Source: Mobula birostris (taxonomy: Eukaryota). From it: a stretch of 64,000 nucleotides of DNA. The notes under the pieces are model-generated. The model was not told where the DNA came from. It saw only the letters and a list, made by a program, of their open reading frames with translations, and searched no databases. The stretch covers positions 16,795,258 to 16,859,257 of the forward strand of contig NC_092386.1 in assembly GCF_030028105.1 (NCBI RefSeq), given 5' to 3'. Positions 50,838-63,312 of the stretch are shown here, piece by piece; position 1 is the stretch's first letter, and every line of letters starts with the position of its first letter. The position numbers and the translations under genes were made by a program.

Positions 50838-51260
50838 AACATAGGACAATACAGCACAGTACAGGCCCTTTGGCCCATGATATTGTGCTGATCTCTTAAC
50901 CCACTCCAACGTCAATCTAATCCTTTCCTCCCTATACTTTCCTCCAATCACCTTAAAATATGCCCCCTCACATTAGTCATTGTGCCCTGGGAAAAAGGCA
51001 CTGGCTGTCCACTCTATCTATGCCCTAAACAGTCCATTCAAGTCACGTCTCATTCACCTTTGCTCCAAAGAGAGAAGTCCTAGCTCGCTCAACTTTTTGT
51101 CATAAGACATGCGGTCTAATCCTGGCAGAATCCCGGTAAATCTCCTTGGTACCCTCTATAAAGCTTCCTAATGCTTCCTGTAATGAGGCAACCAGAACTC
51201 TACACAGTATTCCGAGTGTAGTCTAACCGGAATTTTACAGAGCTGCAAAATTATCTCAAG
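50838..51260 (-). mobile_element. CR1 3' fragment
   Basis: Reverse complement of the CR1 3' UTR (gaacataggacaatacagcacagtacaggccct) and decayed LVRLHSEYCVEFW. Confidence 0.65.
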
Positions 51261-51520
51261 CCCAATCTGGCAAAGGGGAATTGTGGAGCATTACTCAAGA
51301 AAACGTAAGAGCATCAAATTTGGTCATCTTCAAAATTCTGGAAAAAAGAATTTCTTAAAACTGTTCTATTTTTGCAGAACAACATTTGAAACATCTTCTT
51401 CATTTTTCCTTTGTTACACAGAAATGTAGTTGTAAAAGAAATCTGCTTTATCTTAGCATGAAATGATGATTTTAAAAAAATGATTCTATAAGATTGCCGC
51501 GAGCAATGAGAAACCGAAGC

Positions 51521-51790
51521 CGGGCAGCATGGTAGCATAGTGGTTAGCACAATGCTTTACAGTACCAGTGACCTGGGTTCAATTCCCGCAGCTGCCTGTA
51601 AGGAGCTTGTATGTACTCCTCGTGACCGCGTGGGTTTCCTCCGGATACTGTAGTTTCCTCCCATAGTCCAAAGATGTACTGATTGGAAGTTTATTTGGTC
51701 ATTGTAAATTGTCCCGTGATTAGGTTAGTTTTGCTGGAATAGCTGAAAGGGCCTAGTCCACTCTGTATCTCAATAATTAAACAATAAATA
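51521..51790 (+). mobile_element. HE1/V-type tRNA-derived SINE (best-preserved copy)
   Basis: gggcagcatggtagcatagtggttagc (A box), ggttcaattcc (B box), gtgggtttcctccgg central domain, CR1-like tail gaaagggcctagtccactctgtatctc plus A-rich end. Confidence 0.8.
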
Positions 51791-54236
51791 AATTTTAAAG
51801 AGAGTTCAGACAAACCAAAAGGTTACAGGTATTAGATTCAGATTCAGATTCATTCATTTATCACGTGTGCATCGAAATGTACACTGAAATGCATAGTTTG
51901 TGTTAACAACCAACACAATCAGTGGATGTGCTGGGGGAAGCCCTTAAGTGTCGCTACACATTCTGGCACCAACATAATATGCCTATACTGTTTGGTGGAA
52001 CAAAATGTACTCTGGAAATCTGACAGACATGTTGTAAATATTTAGGATAATTTTTTTATCTAGTTCTAGTGTTTTTCCTATGGTGTCAAACTTTATTAAA
52101 AACTCAGCTATTCAAGTTAATAAATGATACAATGCTGTGGTATAAATGAATCATAAAGGATTGAACTGAGAAATGTCAAACAAGTATCAAACAATTCACT
52201 GATTTCTCAGTAAGTGAACAGCCTTCCACCCTTTCTGTTGCTACTCTGCTAAACATCCTCTCTGTAAGATGAATGGCCATTTTATAATCTAAAGAAAAAT
52301 TCATTACTAAATTGTACAACTATTACTAAGTCATCTGGATGCACTTTGCTATCCTCTCAGGGTGCCATTTCCTAGAAATGAGGAATTGAAGATATTTTCT
52401 CAGCTTTTGGAAGAAATCCCAAGAGGTTTTTTTGAGTTAAAGCTGCTGAATAACACTTTGTTTACCATTTGCTGGGGTACAATTAGCTGTTCACTAAATG
52501 TACACGTTGTTAAGCATGGATTGAGTTTAATTTCATGGAGACTTTTCATCTGTTGATGGAGCATCTATGCCAGTGCAAAATTGATTTTCTACAACAGTGA
52601 AAATACTGAAAGACAATTTTTTTTTGGCTCTAAGGCAGAGATCATGAGAAGAACTGAGATAACTGCAATGAAAATTTTTAAAAAACTACAGATGCAGGAA
52701 GTCAAGCAGCACCTATACAAAGAGAAAAAAGCTAATATTTCAAAAGTCAAAGTAGATTTATTATCAAAGTGCATACATGTCACCATTTACACCCCTGAGA
52801 TTCATTTTCTTGCAGGCATTTACAGGAAAAGACTGACAAACAACCAAATATGCAAAAGAAGACAAATTGTACAAATAAAAAAAAACTAACACTGACAACA
52901 TGAATTGTTGAGTCCTTGAAAGTGAGTCTGTAGGTTGTGCACTCTTAGAGTTGAGATGAGTGAAGTTATTCACACCTGATCAGGGGCCTGATGGTTGAAG
53001 GGTAATAGATGTTCCCAAACCTGGTGGTGTGCTACCTAAGGCTTGATGGCAGTTGTGAGAAGAGAGCATGGCCTGGATTTGGGGGTTCTTTGATATTGGT
53101 GCTGCGTTCTTCTTTGAAGACCTGAATTCTGATGAAGGGTTTTCAACATGCCCTTCACCACAGATACTGTTGAATGTTTACAGTACGATTTTTTTTCTTG
53201 AGAAAGCTGAAGTCCACACATCCAAGACAAGTGAATAATTTTGTTACACCTATGAGTAAAGTCAAAAGATGGATAAAGCATCCTTACTCAATCAATTATC
53301 AAGGGCTCGAGGTTAAGAGGAAAAAAAGTTCTATTCAACATAAACCTGGATTATTGTTTTTTAAAATGAGCTATTTGTTCAATACATAATGATCTACTGT
53401 ATATTTCTTTGACATAATTTTAAACTATTTTCAAACCAATACAGCTAATGTAATAGTTAGGATATTTTATCAAATATATTGTTACTTGTGATGTTTTCAA
53501 TATTCTCCGTCACATAATGTTAAACATCAAATTATAAATATTACAAATCATCCCTCAGCAAATAGCACTACATCTGGTTGACAAAAGAATGGAAAGATAA
53601 AAGGCAAACCACATCAAAGGCCTTGCACCTTCAAGGCACAAGTCAAACCTGAATGGTTCAAATATGTTTTGCTCTAGATACTTCAGAAGGGTGCACCGCA
53701 ATCTGCAGAGAAAAAAGGGCTAGACCTAATAGATCTCTTATTTGAAGTGCTGTAATTATTTCAAACTAATGCTTTAAAAAAATCATTATATCATTTAATT
53801 CCAGGCAATCATCTTATTTAGGTTAATGTACAAACTAGCAAACGTATACATTTCAATATAAAATGTCTATATGATACAGTGAAAAAGCTCAGCTTTACAA
53901 TTTTTGCCTCATTTAACATGCAGATTCAACAACACATAATCTGCTTTTACAGGTTTGTTTTCACTGTTAATAATAATATTTAAAGTAAAGGAGAGAGGTT
54001 GGAAAGATTGTTTTTTTTAACTTGTCAGATGGCACCATCAGTGCAGAATGTTGGCAGTGCTCTTTTACTTCCTGTCATTGACATGTGCCTGAACCATTTG
54101 TTCATGAAGCGTAGTGGTGATACGCTGGAACTCAGCGCTGTGTCTTGGTTCACAACTGCTATCTTGTGATTTGTATTTTATAATCAGAGTGGCAGTGTTG
54201 ACACTCAAGAACTTAAATCGAGCTTTACAATTCTGG

Positions 54237-54397
54237 ACACAAGAAATTCTGCAGATGCAAGGAATCCAAAGCAAGACATACAAAATGCTGGAGGCATTCA
54301 GTCGGTCAGGTAGCATCTATGGAAATGAATAAACTATCAGCGTTTTGGGCCGAGTCCTGAAGAAGGGCGTCGGCCTGAAACTTCAACTGCATATTCG
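54237..54397. mobile_element. Miniature head-to-head PLE insertion with perfect 13-bp TSD
   Basis: tttacaattctgg at 54224-54236 and 54398-54410; two inverted arms meet within their hammerhead motifs at about 54355. Confidence 0.82.
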
Positions 54398-54451
54398 TTT
54401 ACAATTCTGGTCCCCCTTTAACATGAGAAGTGTAAATTCAACAACATTATA

Positions 54452-55000
54452 CAATACTGTGTTAAAGCCTGAGGCGCATATACTGTACATAGCGAGGATG
54501 CCTAAGACTTTTGCACAGCACTGTAGCAATGTTAACTATTGCACTGTGCTGGTGCCACAAAAAACAAAATTCATGACATATGTGAGTGATGATAAACCTG
54601 ATTCTGATATGGGTCTCTATTGTGGACTGAGAGTAGCAAGGAGACAGGGAGGAGGGGATCATGATTGGGGAAAAGGGAAGGGAGAAGGGAGGGAGCAGGA
54701 AGCACCAGAGGGACATTGTGTAATGATCAATAAACCAGTTGTTTGAAATCAAATGACCTTGCCTGGTGTCTCAGGGTTGGGTGGGTCTACACTTGTGCCA
54801 CCACCCAGATCATGGCACTGCTTCGCTGCCACCTGTCCCACACCCCTCCCACAGCACTCCACCCTCACCATTTCCAACATCCTTTGCTCCCGCTAAGTTT
54901 ACAAACTCGCTCTCTGCTCCACGTTAACAAATACAGTACTGTGCAGAAGTCTTATACCTTTTAACTATATATATGTGCCTATGACTTTTACACATTTCTG
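54452..55000 (+). mobile_element. Tc1-type composite MITE (family B), second full copy
   Basis: TA-flanked; hairpins at 54452-54523 and 54934-55000. Confidence 0.8.
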
Positions 55001-55049
55001 TACGTATATCTGCTTTTTTAGTTTTAACAAAGATTTTGGGACAAAAAAG

Positions 55050-55668
55050 AGACTTAGAAAAGAGAGGTCAGGAAGTTATGTTACAGCTTTGGACAACTTC
55101 AGTTAGGCTGCATCCGGCGTTTGGCATACAGTTCTGGTCACCCCATTATAGGAAGGATGTCAAGGCTTTGGAGAGTGTGCAGAAGAGGTTTACCAGGATG
55201 CTGCCTGGATTAGAGGGCATGGGCTGTACCAAGAGTGTGGACAAACTTGGGTTGTGTTCTCTGGAGTGGCAGAGGATGAGGGGAGATCTGATAGAGGTTT
55301 ATAAGATTGTGAGAGGAATAGATAGGATAGACAGACTGTATTTTTTCCCCAGGGTTAAAATGTCTCAATACCAGTAGGCATGCATTTAAGGTGAGAGAGC
55401 GTAACTTCATAGAAGATGTGAGGGGAAAGTTTCTTTTTCAGAGTAGTGGATGGCTGGAATGCGCTGCCTAGAGTGGTGGTAGAGGCAGAAACATTAGAGA
55501 CTTTTAAGAGATGTTTAGATAAGTAAATGAGTGTGAGGAAATGGAAGGATATGGACATTGTGTAGGCAGAAGGGATTAGTTTTAATTACTAATTGCTAAT
55601 TTAATTGGTTCAACTCATCACTGTGGGCTGAAGAATCTGTTCCTATGCTGTACTGGTCTATGTTCTAC
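55050..55668 (+). mobile_element. CR1 3' fragment
   Basis: QFWSPHYRKDVKALESVQKRFTRMLPGL...MRGDLIEVYKIVRG; 3' UTR. Confidence 0.85.
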
Positions 55669-58169
55669 CCTATTTTTAATGCTCTAATTAAGTCATTATT
55701 TACAGCAGTGCTAAGCAATTCCAGATTAGGTTGTTATTTTCATCTTGAAAAGTGTGGTATTCCTCCAAAAAGTTGTCCAAGAACATATTTAGCAAGCTAC
55801 TATCAAGTATGCCAACATTAGAGATGCAACATGCTTGACTTTGGCTTTTCAAGTTTGCATTGTGCTATTTCAGGCCTTGCAGATGAACACAGAGAGATGG
55901 AGCCTTTGGGCTGTGGAGATCAACTTGGTGAATGACAAGAGGAAGAAAACCAAAGTGAATAACTTAAGTGAAGAGAACATAACTTGAAAGCAATGCAGAA
56001 AGATTTGTAATCGGTCAGTCAGAAAAGCTGTCCACTTGGGACAGATAGAGGAAGGGTCAGCTTAAACCTTGTGGTTTACCGTGTGGGCAGCATGGTAACA
56101 TAGTGGTTAACATAATGCTTTATAGTGCCAGCGACAACCCTGGTTTAATTCCCGCTGCCATCTGTAAGGAGATTGTACATTCTCCCCGTGACCACATCAG
56201 TCTCCTCTGGGTGCTCTGGTTTCCTCCCGCATTCCAAAGACATATGGTTAAGGTCAGCAAATTGCAGGCATGCTACGTTGCCGCTGAAAGCATGAAAACA
56301 CTTATGGGCTGCCCCCAGCTCATCCCCAGACTGTGTTAGTGCTTGATGCAAATTACACATTTCACTGTATGTTTTAATGTTTCGATGTACATCTGATAAA
56401 TAAAGCTAATATTTTTCAAAATCTTTTAAACCCAAGTTAAAGGAATATACTGTGCTGTGTGCTTAATGCAGCACCGGCCAAAGAGCAGCAAGTCCTAAAA
56501 GTAACCCCAAGGATTTATCTGTACTGTGTAGATGGGGAGCATACAATGTTGGTTAGGATTGTGATGTGTTACATGATGACTTAAACAAAAATAACCTTGA
56601 AACAGATAGATTCACAGGGATGCAAGGATCAGGGGCAAATAGCAACAAAAAACCTCTTATGGGCAAGTTTCTGGACCTGTTAATGAAGATGATTTTGCAA
56701 AAGCTCTACATCAAAGAAAAAACGTATAAAACTGATGATGTCTTCATTCAAAAAAGAAGGCATGGCAAGAGAACATATCCTGGGAAGTAGAACTTTTTTG
56801 TTCAGTTGAAAAGCTTCATGTAAGAAAGGAGATGGGAAGAAATAATTTTGCCTTTTGCTGGAAGAAGTAGTGGAACAGACTCCTAAAACAATCAGTTCAG
56901 ATTGAGTCAATCAGCTTTCTCTTTTAAGAAGAAGCCAGATAATTATATGGAGGGGATGGGATCAGAGGCTAACAGATGGTTGTAGATTGGGTTGATCAAA
57001 CAAACCACAAGAAACAATGACTCCTGCGGTGCATGAGGGTTGAAGGAGAAGCGTCTGTGAGAGAAAAGAGCTGCTGGATAAAAGGGGATATTACGGTGAC
57101 CATTCACCATCTGGGGTTTTGTTTAATGAACTTAAGTGAAGAGATTACTTTTACAGAACATTTCCACGGCTGATCACTGATGATGAGACTTTGACAATCA
57201 CGGGCTGGTCGAAGTAGATTGAGTCAATTGAATGTCTTTATCGCATTTCTGCCCAAGCTCTTACAACAGAAGCATTATTCCATCTTTCCCTCGCCTTAGT
57301 GAACTGCATTAGCTGCAAGACAATGCACTGGATGACTCATTTTGCATTACCATTTTCCTATAATTAAATAACATCTCAAGAGTTAAATAACCTAGTAGGA
57401 TAGAATGATCAAATAAAATGAAAAACATAACTACAAACTACATAATTAAAAACAGTATTTATCTTCAACTAAACTTGCAATGGATGGTGAAATGATTGGT
57501 CATAAAATATGTTCTTTATTTTTATTGAAAAGCCTTTCTATAAAATACTTGGGATCTCATCGTCATCATCATTACATGCCGTGTCATGTGACATGGGCGA
57601 TCATGGTCTACTCATGACCATGATGGTTCTTGGCAAATTTTTCTACAGAAGTGGCTTTTTCTGGGAAGTGGCTTTACGAGATGGGTGACCCCAGCCATTA
57701 TCAATGTACAGAGACTGTCTGCCTGGCATCACTGGTCACATAACTAGGCCTTGTCATCTGCACCAGCAGCTCAAACCACCACCCACTACCTGCTCTCCAC
57801 CTGACCCTATTCGGGGGGAATAAGCAAGTGCTACACCTTGCCCAAGGGTGACCTGTGGGAGAGTGGAGGGCAGGGGCACCTTGTACCTCCTTTGGTAGAG
57901 ACGTATCTCCATTGCACACCCTCCAAACATAAGACCTCATGCACTCCTTACTAGTCCTTGGCCAATGTTCTCATCAAATGTGGCTCCCCACACATCAACA
58001 GTCTGACTGTTGCAAAAATAATGGGTATGAAATTTTAATTCATTCCCACTCAAATATTTAGGCAACATGCTGGAATGATACTTCAGATCAACGGTTTGTG
58101 ATTTATTTGACTTTTTGTCTTGTTTGAAGCCATGTTATTTTTGGTAGTTGAAGGATTGTGGAGGCATAG

Positions 58170-59560
58170 GGTGTGATCTTTCAACAATCACTAGAATCAC
58201 AAATGATTCCGGAGAACTGAAATTGCTAATGCCACTCTCTCCACTCTTTAAGGAAGGACAGAATACAAAAAGCAGGAAAAAGCTGGTTAGCCTGACTTCA
58301 GTGATTGGTAAGATTTTAGAGACTATTACTTGCAAACACCTAATAAAGCAAGCCGAAGTCAGTATGGATTTAAGGGGAAACCTTGCCTGACAAGTCTGGT
58401 GGAATTTTTTGATGAAGTAAAAGGCAGGATAGACAAAGGAGAGTTAGTGAATTTTGTTTACTTGGATTTTCAGAAGACCTTTGACAAGGTGCTGGACATG
58501 AGGCTACTAAACAAGATAGAATCCCATGGTATTACAACAAAGGATAGAAGATTGGCTGAAGGGAAAGAGTAGGAATAAAAGGGGTATTTTCTGGTCGGTT
58601 GCCAGTGACTGGTGGTGTCTCCCAGGGAGTTAGTGTTAGATCTGTTACTTTTCCTGTTATATATTAATTAATAGCTTTGTGGCCATGTTTGTGAATAATG
58701 CAAAGTGTTGTAGTGGGGGAGATGGTACTGATGAAGCACGAGTCTGCAGAAGGACTTGGATAGGTTGGGAGAATAGGCAAAGTAGTGACAGATGCAATAC
58801 AGTTTTGGGAAGTTTATGGTCATGCACTTTGGTAGAAGGAATAAAGGCATAGACTATTTTCTAATTGGGGAGAGAGTTCAGAATTGGAGATGCAAGGAGA
58901 CTTGGGAGCCCTAGTATAGAATTCCCTAAAAATTAACTTGCAGGTTGAGTTAGTAATAAGGAAAGTAATTGCAACGTTAGAATTCATTTTTGTGACGACT
59001 AGAATATAAAAGCAAGGATGCAGTGCTGAAGCTTTAGAAGGCATTGATCAAAAGTACTGTGAACAATTTTGGACCCTACATCTAAGGAAGGATGTACTGG
59101 CATTGGCAAGGGTACAGAGGAGGTACATAAGAATGATCCTAGGGACGAAAGGGTTAACACACGAGAAGCGTTTGATGGCTCTGGTAACCTGTACTCACAG
59201 GAGTTCAGAAGGATGAGAGGATATTTCAGGGAAACCCTATCAAATACTGAAAGGAATGGGGAGAATGGATGTGGGGAGGATGTTTCCAGTGGTGGGAGAG
59301 TCTAGGACCAGAGGACGGAGCCTTTGAATTATAGGGCGTCCCTTTTGAACAAAGTCGAGTTGAATTTCTTTAGCCTGTGGGTGGTAAATATGTGGAATTC
59401 ATTGACACAGATGCTTATGAAGGCCAAGTCATTGAGTGTGTGACTTGGAGAAGGCAGTAGAATGGGGTTGAGATGGAATACTAAACCAGCCATGATGGAA
59501 TAGCAGAGCAGATTTGATGGGCTGAGTAGCCTAATTCTGTTCCTACAGTATGTTCTATGG
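58170..59560 (+). mobile_element. Degenerate CR1 RT fragment
   Basis: QYGFKGKPCLTSLVEFFDEV...VYLDFQKTFDKV; tail tgttctatgg. Confidence 0.85.
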
Positions 59561-60494
59561 TCATTGGCATGTGTGGTGAATTCAGTTCTTTAAAGTGTGA
59601 CATTAAACATACCATGATTTCCCAGTAAGGAGAAAGATTGCATAAAGTGTTCCACAGATAATAAGATTGGAGGAAACTGAAATATTGCTTGCATGGTACT
59701 GTCACCAGTCTACAACATGTCCAGTTCATGTACAGACTTGAGTTACGGTTACGTGTGTGTATTCAGCATTGTGAAGAAACAGGCACTGGAATACAAGTAC
59801 TGTACAACAATCAGTCCACTTCAATAAGATTTTGTTCTCCATTAGCCACTTCGTTGTCAAAAAGGAGCTGGCTATGTATTTTCACGGCAGCATTGATTTT
59901 TGTGAAATAAGTAATTGTGGTGCCTGATTGCTTCTATCTAGCCATCAGTCAGCTGGACTGTGACTAAAATAGAAGACTGTTCAAAATTGTCTTCAGAATT
60001 GAACCTCTTGTTCTTTGAAGATCAGAACATCACTCCATTTTTTATTTTAGAATGTATTTTGCTATATGCTTTTTTCCTAGTATTCGGTTTAGTCAGAATT
60101 GTGAAACACGAAGAGATGATATTACAGAAAAATTATGAAGAGTAACTTTCCGAAATAAAATCTCAATATGCAGCACAACTAATAATGCTACAATCAAATT
60201 AAAGCACCAGAACTCTAAACTGATTCCACAACCTATGGACTCATTTCCAAGGGCGCTACAATTAATGTTCTCAGTGTTATTTATTATTATTATTATTAGC
60301 AGTAGTAGTGTTCGCACAGTTTGTCTTCTTTTGTGCATTGTCAATCAGTCTTTGTCTGTCAGTCTTTGTGTGCAGTTTTTTATTGTATTTGTATTTCTTT
60401 GTTCTACTGTGAAGGCCTGCAAGGAAATGTATCTCTGAGTAGTGTATGGTGACAGATATGTACTTCAATAACAAATTTATGTTGAACTTTTGAA

Positions 60495-60758
60495 GCTTCT
60501 GACTTCATACCTCCTCCCCCACCCACCTACCTTACCCCCTCACCTGGTTTCACCTATCACTTGCCAACTTGTACTCCTTCTCCTCCCCCACTTCTTATTC
60601 TGGTTTCTTCCCCCTTCCTTTCCAATCCTGATGAAAGGTCTCAGCCTGAAACATCGACTGTGTATTCCTCTCCACAGATGCTGCCTGACCTGCTGAGTTC
60701 CTCCAGCATTTTATATGTGTTGCTTTGGATTTCCAGCATCTGCAGATTCTCTTGTGTT
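60495..60758 (+). mobile_element. PLE 3' fragment with hammerhead core and full terminal tail
   Basis: caatcctgatgaaaggtctcagcctgaaacatcgactg...gcatctgcagattctcttgtgtt. Confidence 0.8.
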
Positions 60759-63091
60759 AAAAGTTACGATTACAACCTGCAGGCAGGGTGTGGAAAGATT
60801 ATCAGTGGCGAGAGATTAGTCAGGGGGTTGGTGCAAGGATCACTAGGCTGGCAGTAGGAGGAGGGAGCTGTGTGCTCTGTGCACTCAGAGACAATGTTGT
60901 GGCAAGCACAAGGAAGTATATAAAAACAGAAAATGCTGGAAAAACTCACCAGGATAAGTAGCATCTGTGGAACGAGAAACAGTCAACCTTACAGGGTTGC
61001 GACCCTTGGTCAGAACTGGGAAAGTAATGGGGCACAGGTTAGTTTACGTAGAAGAGAAGTTGGGGGAGGGATGTGTTAAACAAAGAGACTGTATATGATA
61101 GGGCAAGTCAGGATGGTGTAATGGTTGCAGTTACCAACTACTTAGTTATGAAGTCATTGAGGTACATACCATAGAAGCAGTCTCTTTGGAATTGTCTATG
61201 CCAACCAAGTTGCCAAGCTAGTCCCATTTGCCTGTGTTTGGCACATAACACCTGTCCAAATGTCCTTTTAACATTATTTAATACCACTTCCTCTAGCAAC
61301 TCATTCCACATATCCTCCATCCCCTGTGTGAAAAATTGCCCTTCAGATCCTCTTTAAAAAATCTTTCCCCTTTCACATTAAATCTATTATCACTGGTTTT
61401 AAATACCTATGCCCTGGCAAAAAAAAATTGACCTCAGCAAAGCCTAATCTGTAAAATGCTTTTGTATTTCTTTCCACTGATACTACCTGCGCTGTTAAAA
61501 TTTCCCAGTGTTTTCTGTTTTTTATTTCACATTACCACCATCTCTGTGTTTTTTCCCTCCCTCCAAGGAGATTTAGCTGACGAAAGTTGCCAGAGATGGA
61601 TTCAGTCAGGTCCCCTTTAAATGCCACTGAAGCAGGCAACACATTTATACCTATATTGACATGCGTAGAGAAAAATTCCAGTCTGACATCGGGGGGACAC
61701 AGAGTGAAATTCAATGGACTTCTTGCAGCACAAGCTTTCTATATTCCTTTGTTTGTTTTAAACCGAATTGAATTACATAGCAACGAAAAGCATGGCATCA
61801 TGCTTCCCAGTTTCTGGACAACTGTGACAATAAGTCTCGTTTTTTTTCTAATGAGACTCGTGGAAACTAAAGCAGATTCCCACTTCTCCCTCATAGACTG
61901 ATGAAGTTGGAAAACGGTCATGAAATATTCAGACCTTTTGTTGCTAGTTGCTAAGAAAAATAATGCCTTAATCAGACCTGAATAATTTTGCTTCCTAGTT
62001 GTTCCATTATTGTGGTATGTCCTTTAATCCTAATTGCTAATAAGCGATATCTTGAGCATGGAATACTAATGTAGATTCTAATATTTTGTCTGGAACCTTG
62101 CCAGGCTGACAAGCTGTTAGAGGCTGCATTCAATGCAGTTCTGAGTGATAATTGTCTTTTAATTGTTTCTTTACAAGCAATTTAACTTTCACAGTCACCA
62201 AGTACTAGTTAATAGCTTGCTGAAGCAGCCTGTGGAGGAGTCATCCTAAGACAAGCCGGTGACCTCAGGAATAAAATAAAATGATCTGTTCTCCACAGGT
62301 GGTTAATCTTTCAATGTGCCTGATTCTCACTATGAGGTCATTTCAGAGGCTGTAAAGACAGCTTTCTCTAAGCCATATGCTTTTTGACAGTAAATGGGAA
62401 GGATTTTCTCCACCATGGAGCTAATTTGGAAGCAGCATACTGCCTAATTGGCACCTGTCGAGAGACCAATCCTTCGTGCAGACCTTCATTACTCGTCCGT
62501 AATTGGTGAATTTTTCCGCATTTGTATTACCATAGTAAGCTGCAGTGTCACTTTCCTGATGACCCACTTGTCAATTTTGTAAATTCTAAACCAGACATCC
62601 ACTGCACACAGAGTTCACTATGAGCCAGGATATCAGTGAACACAGTTTACTAAAAATAAAAATCTTGAATGTCCTTCGAATGACAAGAAACTAAGTGGGG
62701 TGACAATTATTAGGGAGTTTTAAAACATACACTCGTGTATACTATTCGTTTTGGTGTTAAATACTCAGAAAATAAATCCTCAGTAATAATCTGTGTGGAT
62801 TGCTGAAAATATTTTGGTGCTCAGTGACCACTATGTATTCTTGTAGGAGATAAGTTCATGACTTCACTATAAAATCATGATATTCTCCAAGAAACTGTAT
62901 GGCTCTAAGGTTTATGTACAGTACTGCTGGGATGGGGTACCGTTACTGATTGAGGAAAGATTTCAGGGATATTTGGGGAATGGAGAGATTTGATTATCGT
63001 GGAATCTAGTTCCATGAGATCTGGATAATTGGAAGTCTTAATCTGTTTTATTTCGGGAGATTAACTGGAATTGCATAAAAACAGTAACGTG

Positions 63092-63312
63092 CACTCAGTG
63101 GTATGTTATCCACCTCCTGTACCTAATAAAACGATGAATGAGTGTATGTTTGTGATCTCCTGCTGCTGCAGCCCATCCACTTCAATGGTCGAGGTGTTGT
63201 TCATTCAGGGTTGTAACCTGTGGTTGTTGGAGTTACTGTCATCTTGCTGTCAGTTTAAACCAATCTGACTATCCTCCTCTGACCTATCTCATTAACAAGG
63301 AACTTTCGTCCT
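63092..63312 (-). mobile_element. Degenerate Tc1 family A fragment
   Basis: cactcagtgg...cacctcctgtacctaataaa...gagtg followed by ctgctgctgcagcccatccacttcaa. Confidence 0.65.

Noticed and set aside
51521-51595. tRNA gene
   Set aside because: A and B boxes are present but continue into a SINE body and tail with several dispersed copies, so it is a SINE head.
56520-56960. Purine-rich coding-like stretch, possible processed pseudogene
   Set aside because: Multiple stops; a faint resemblance to a decayed CR1 endonuclease region is more likely, and it is too weak to call.
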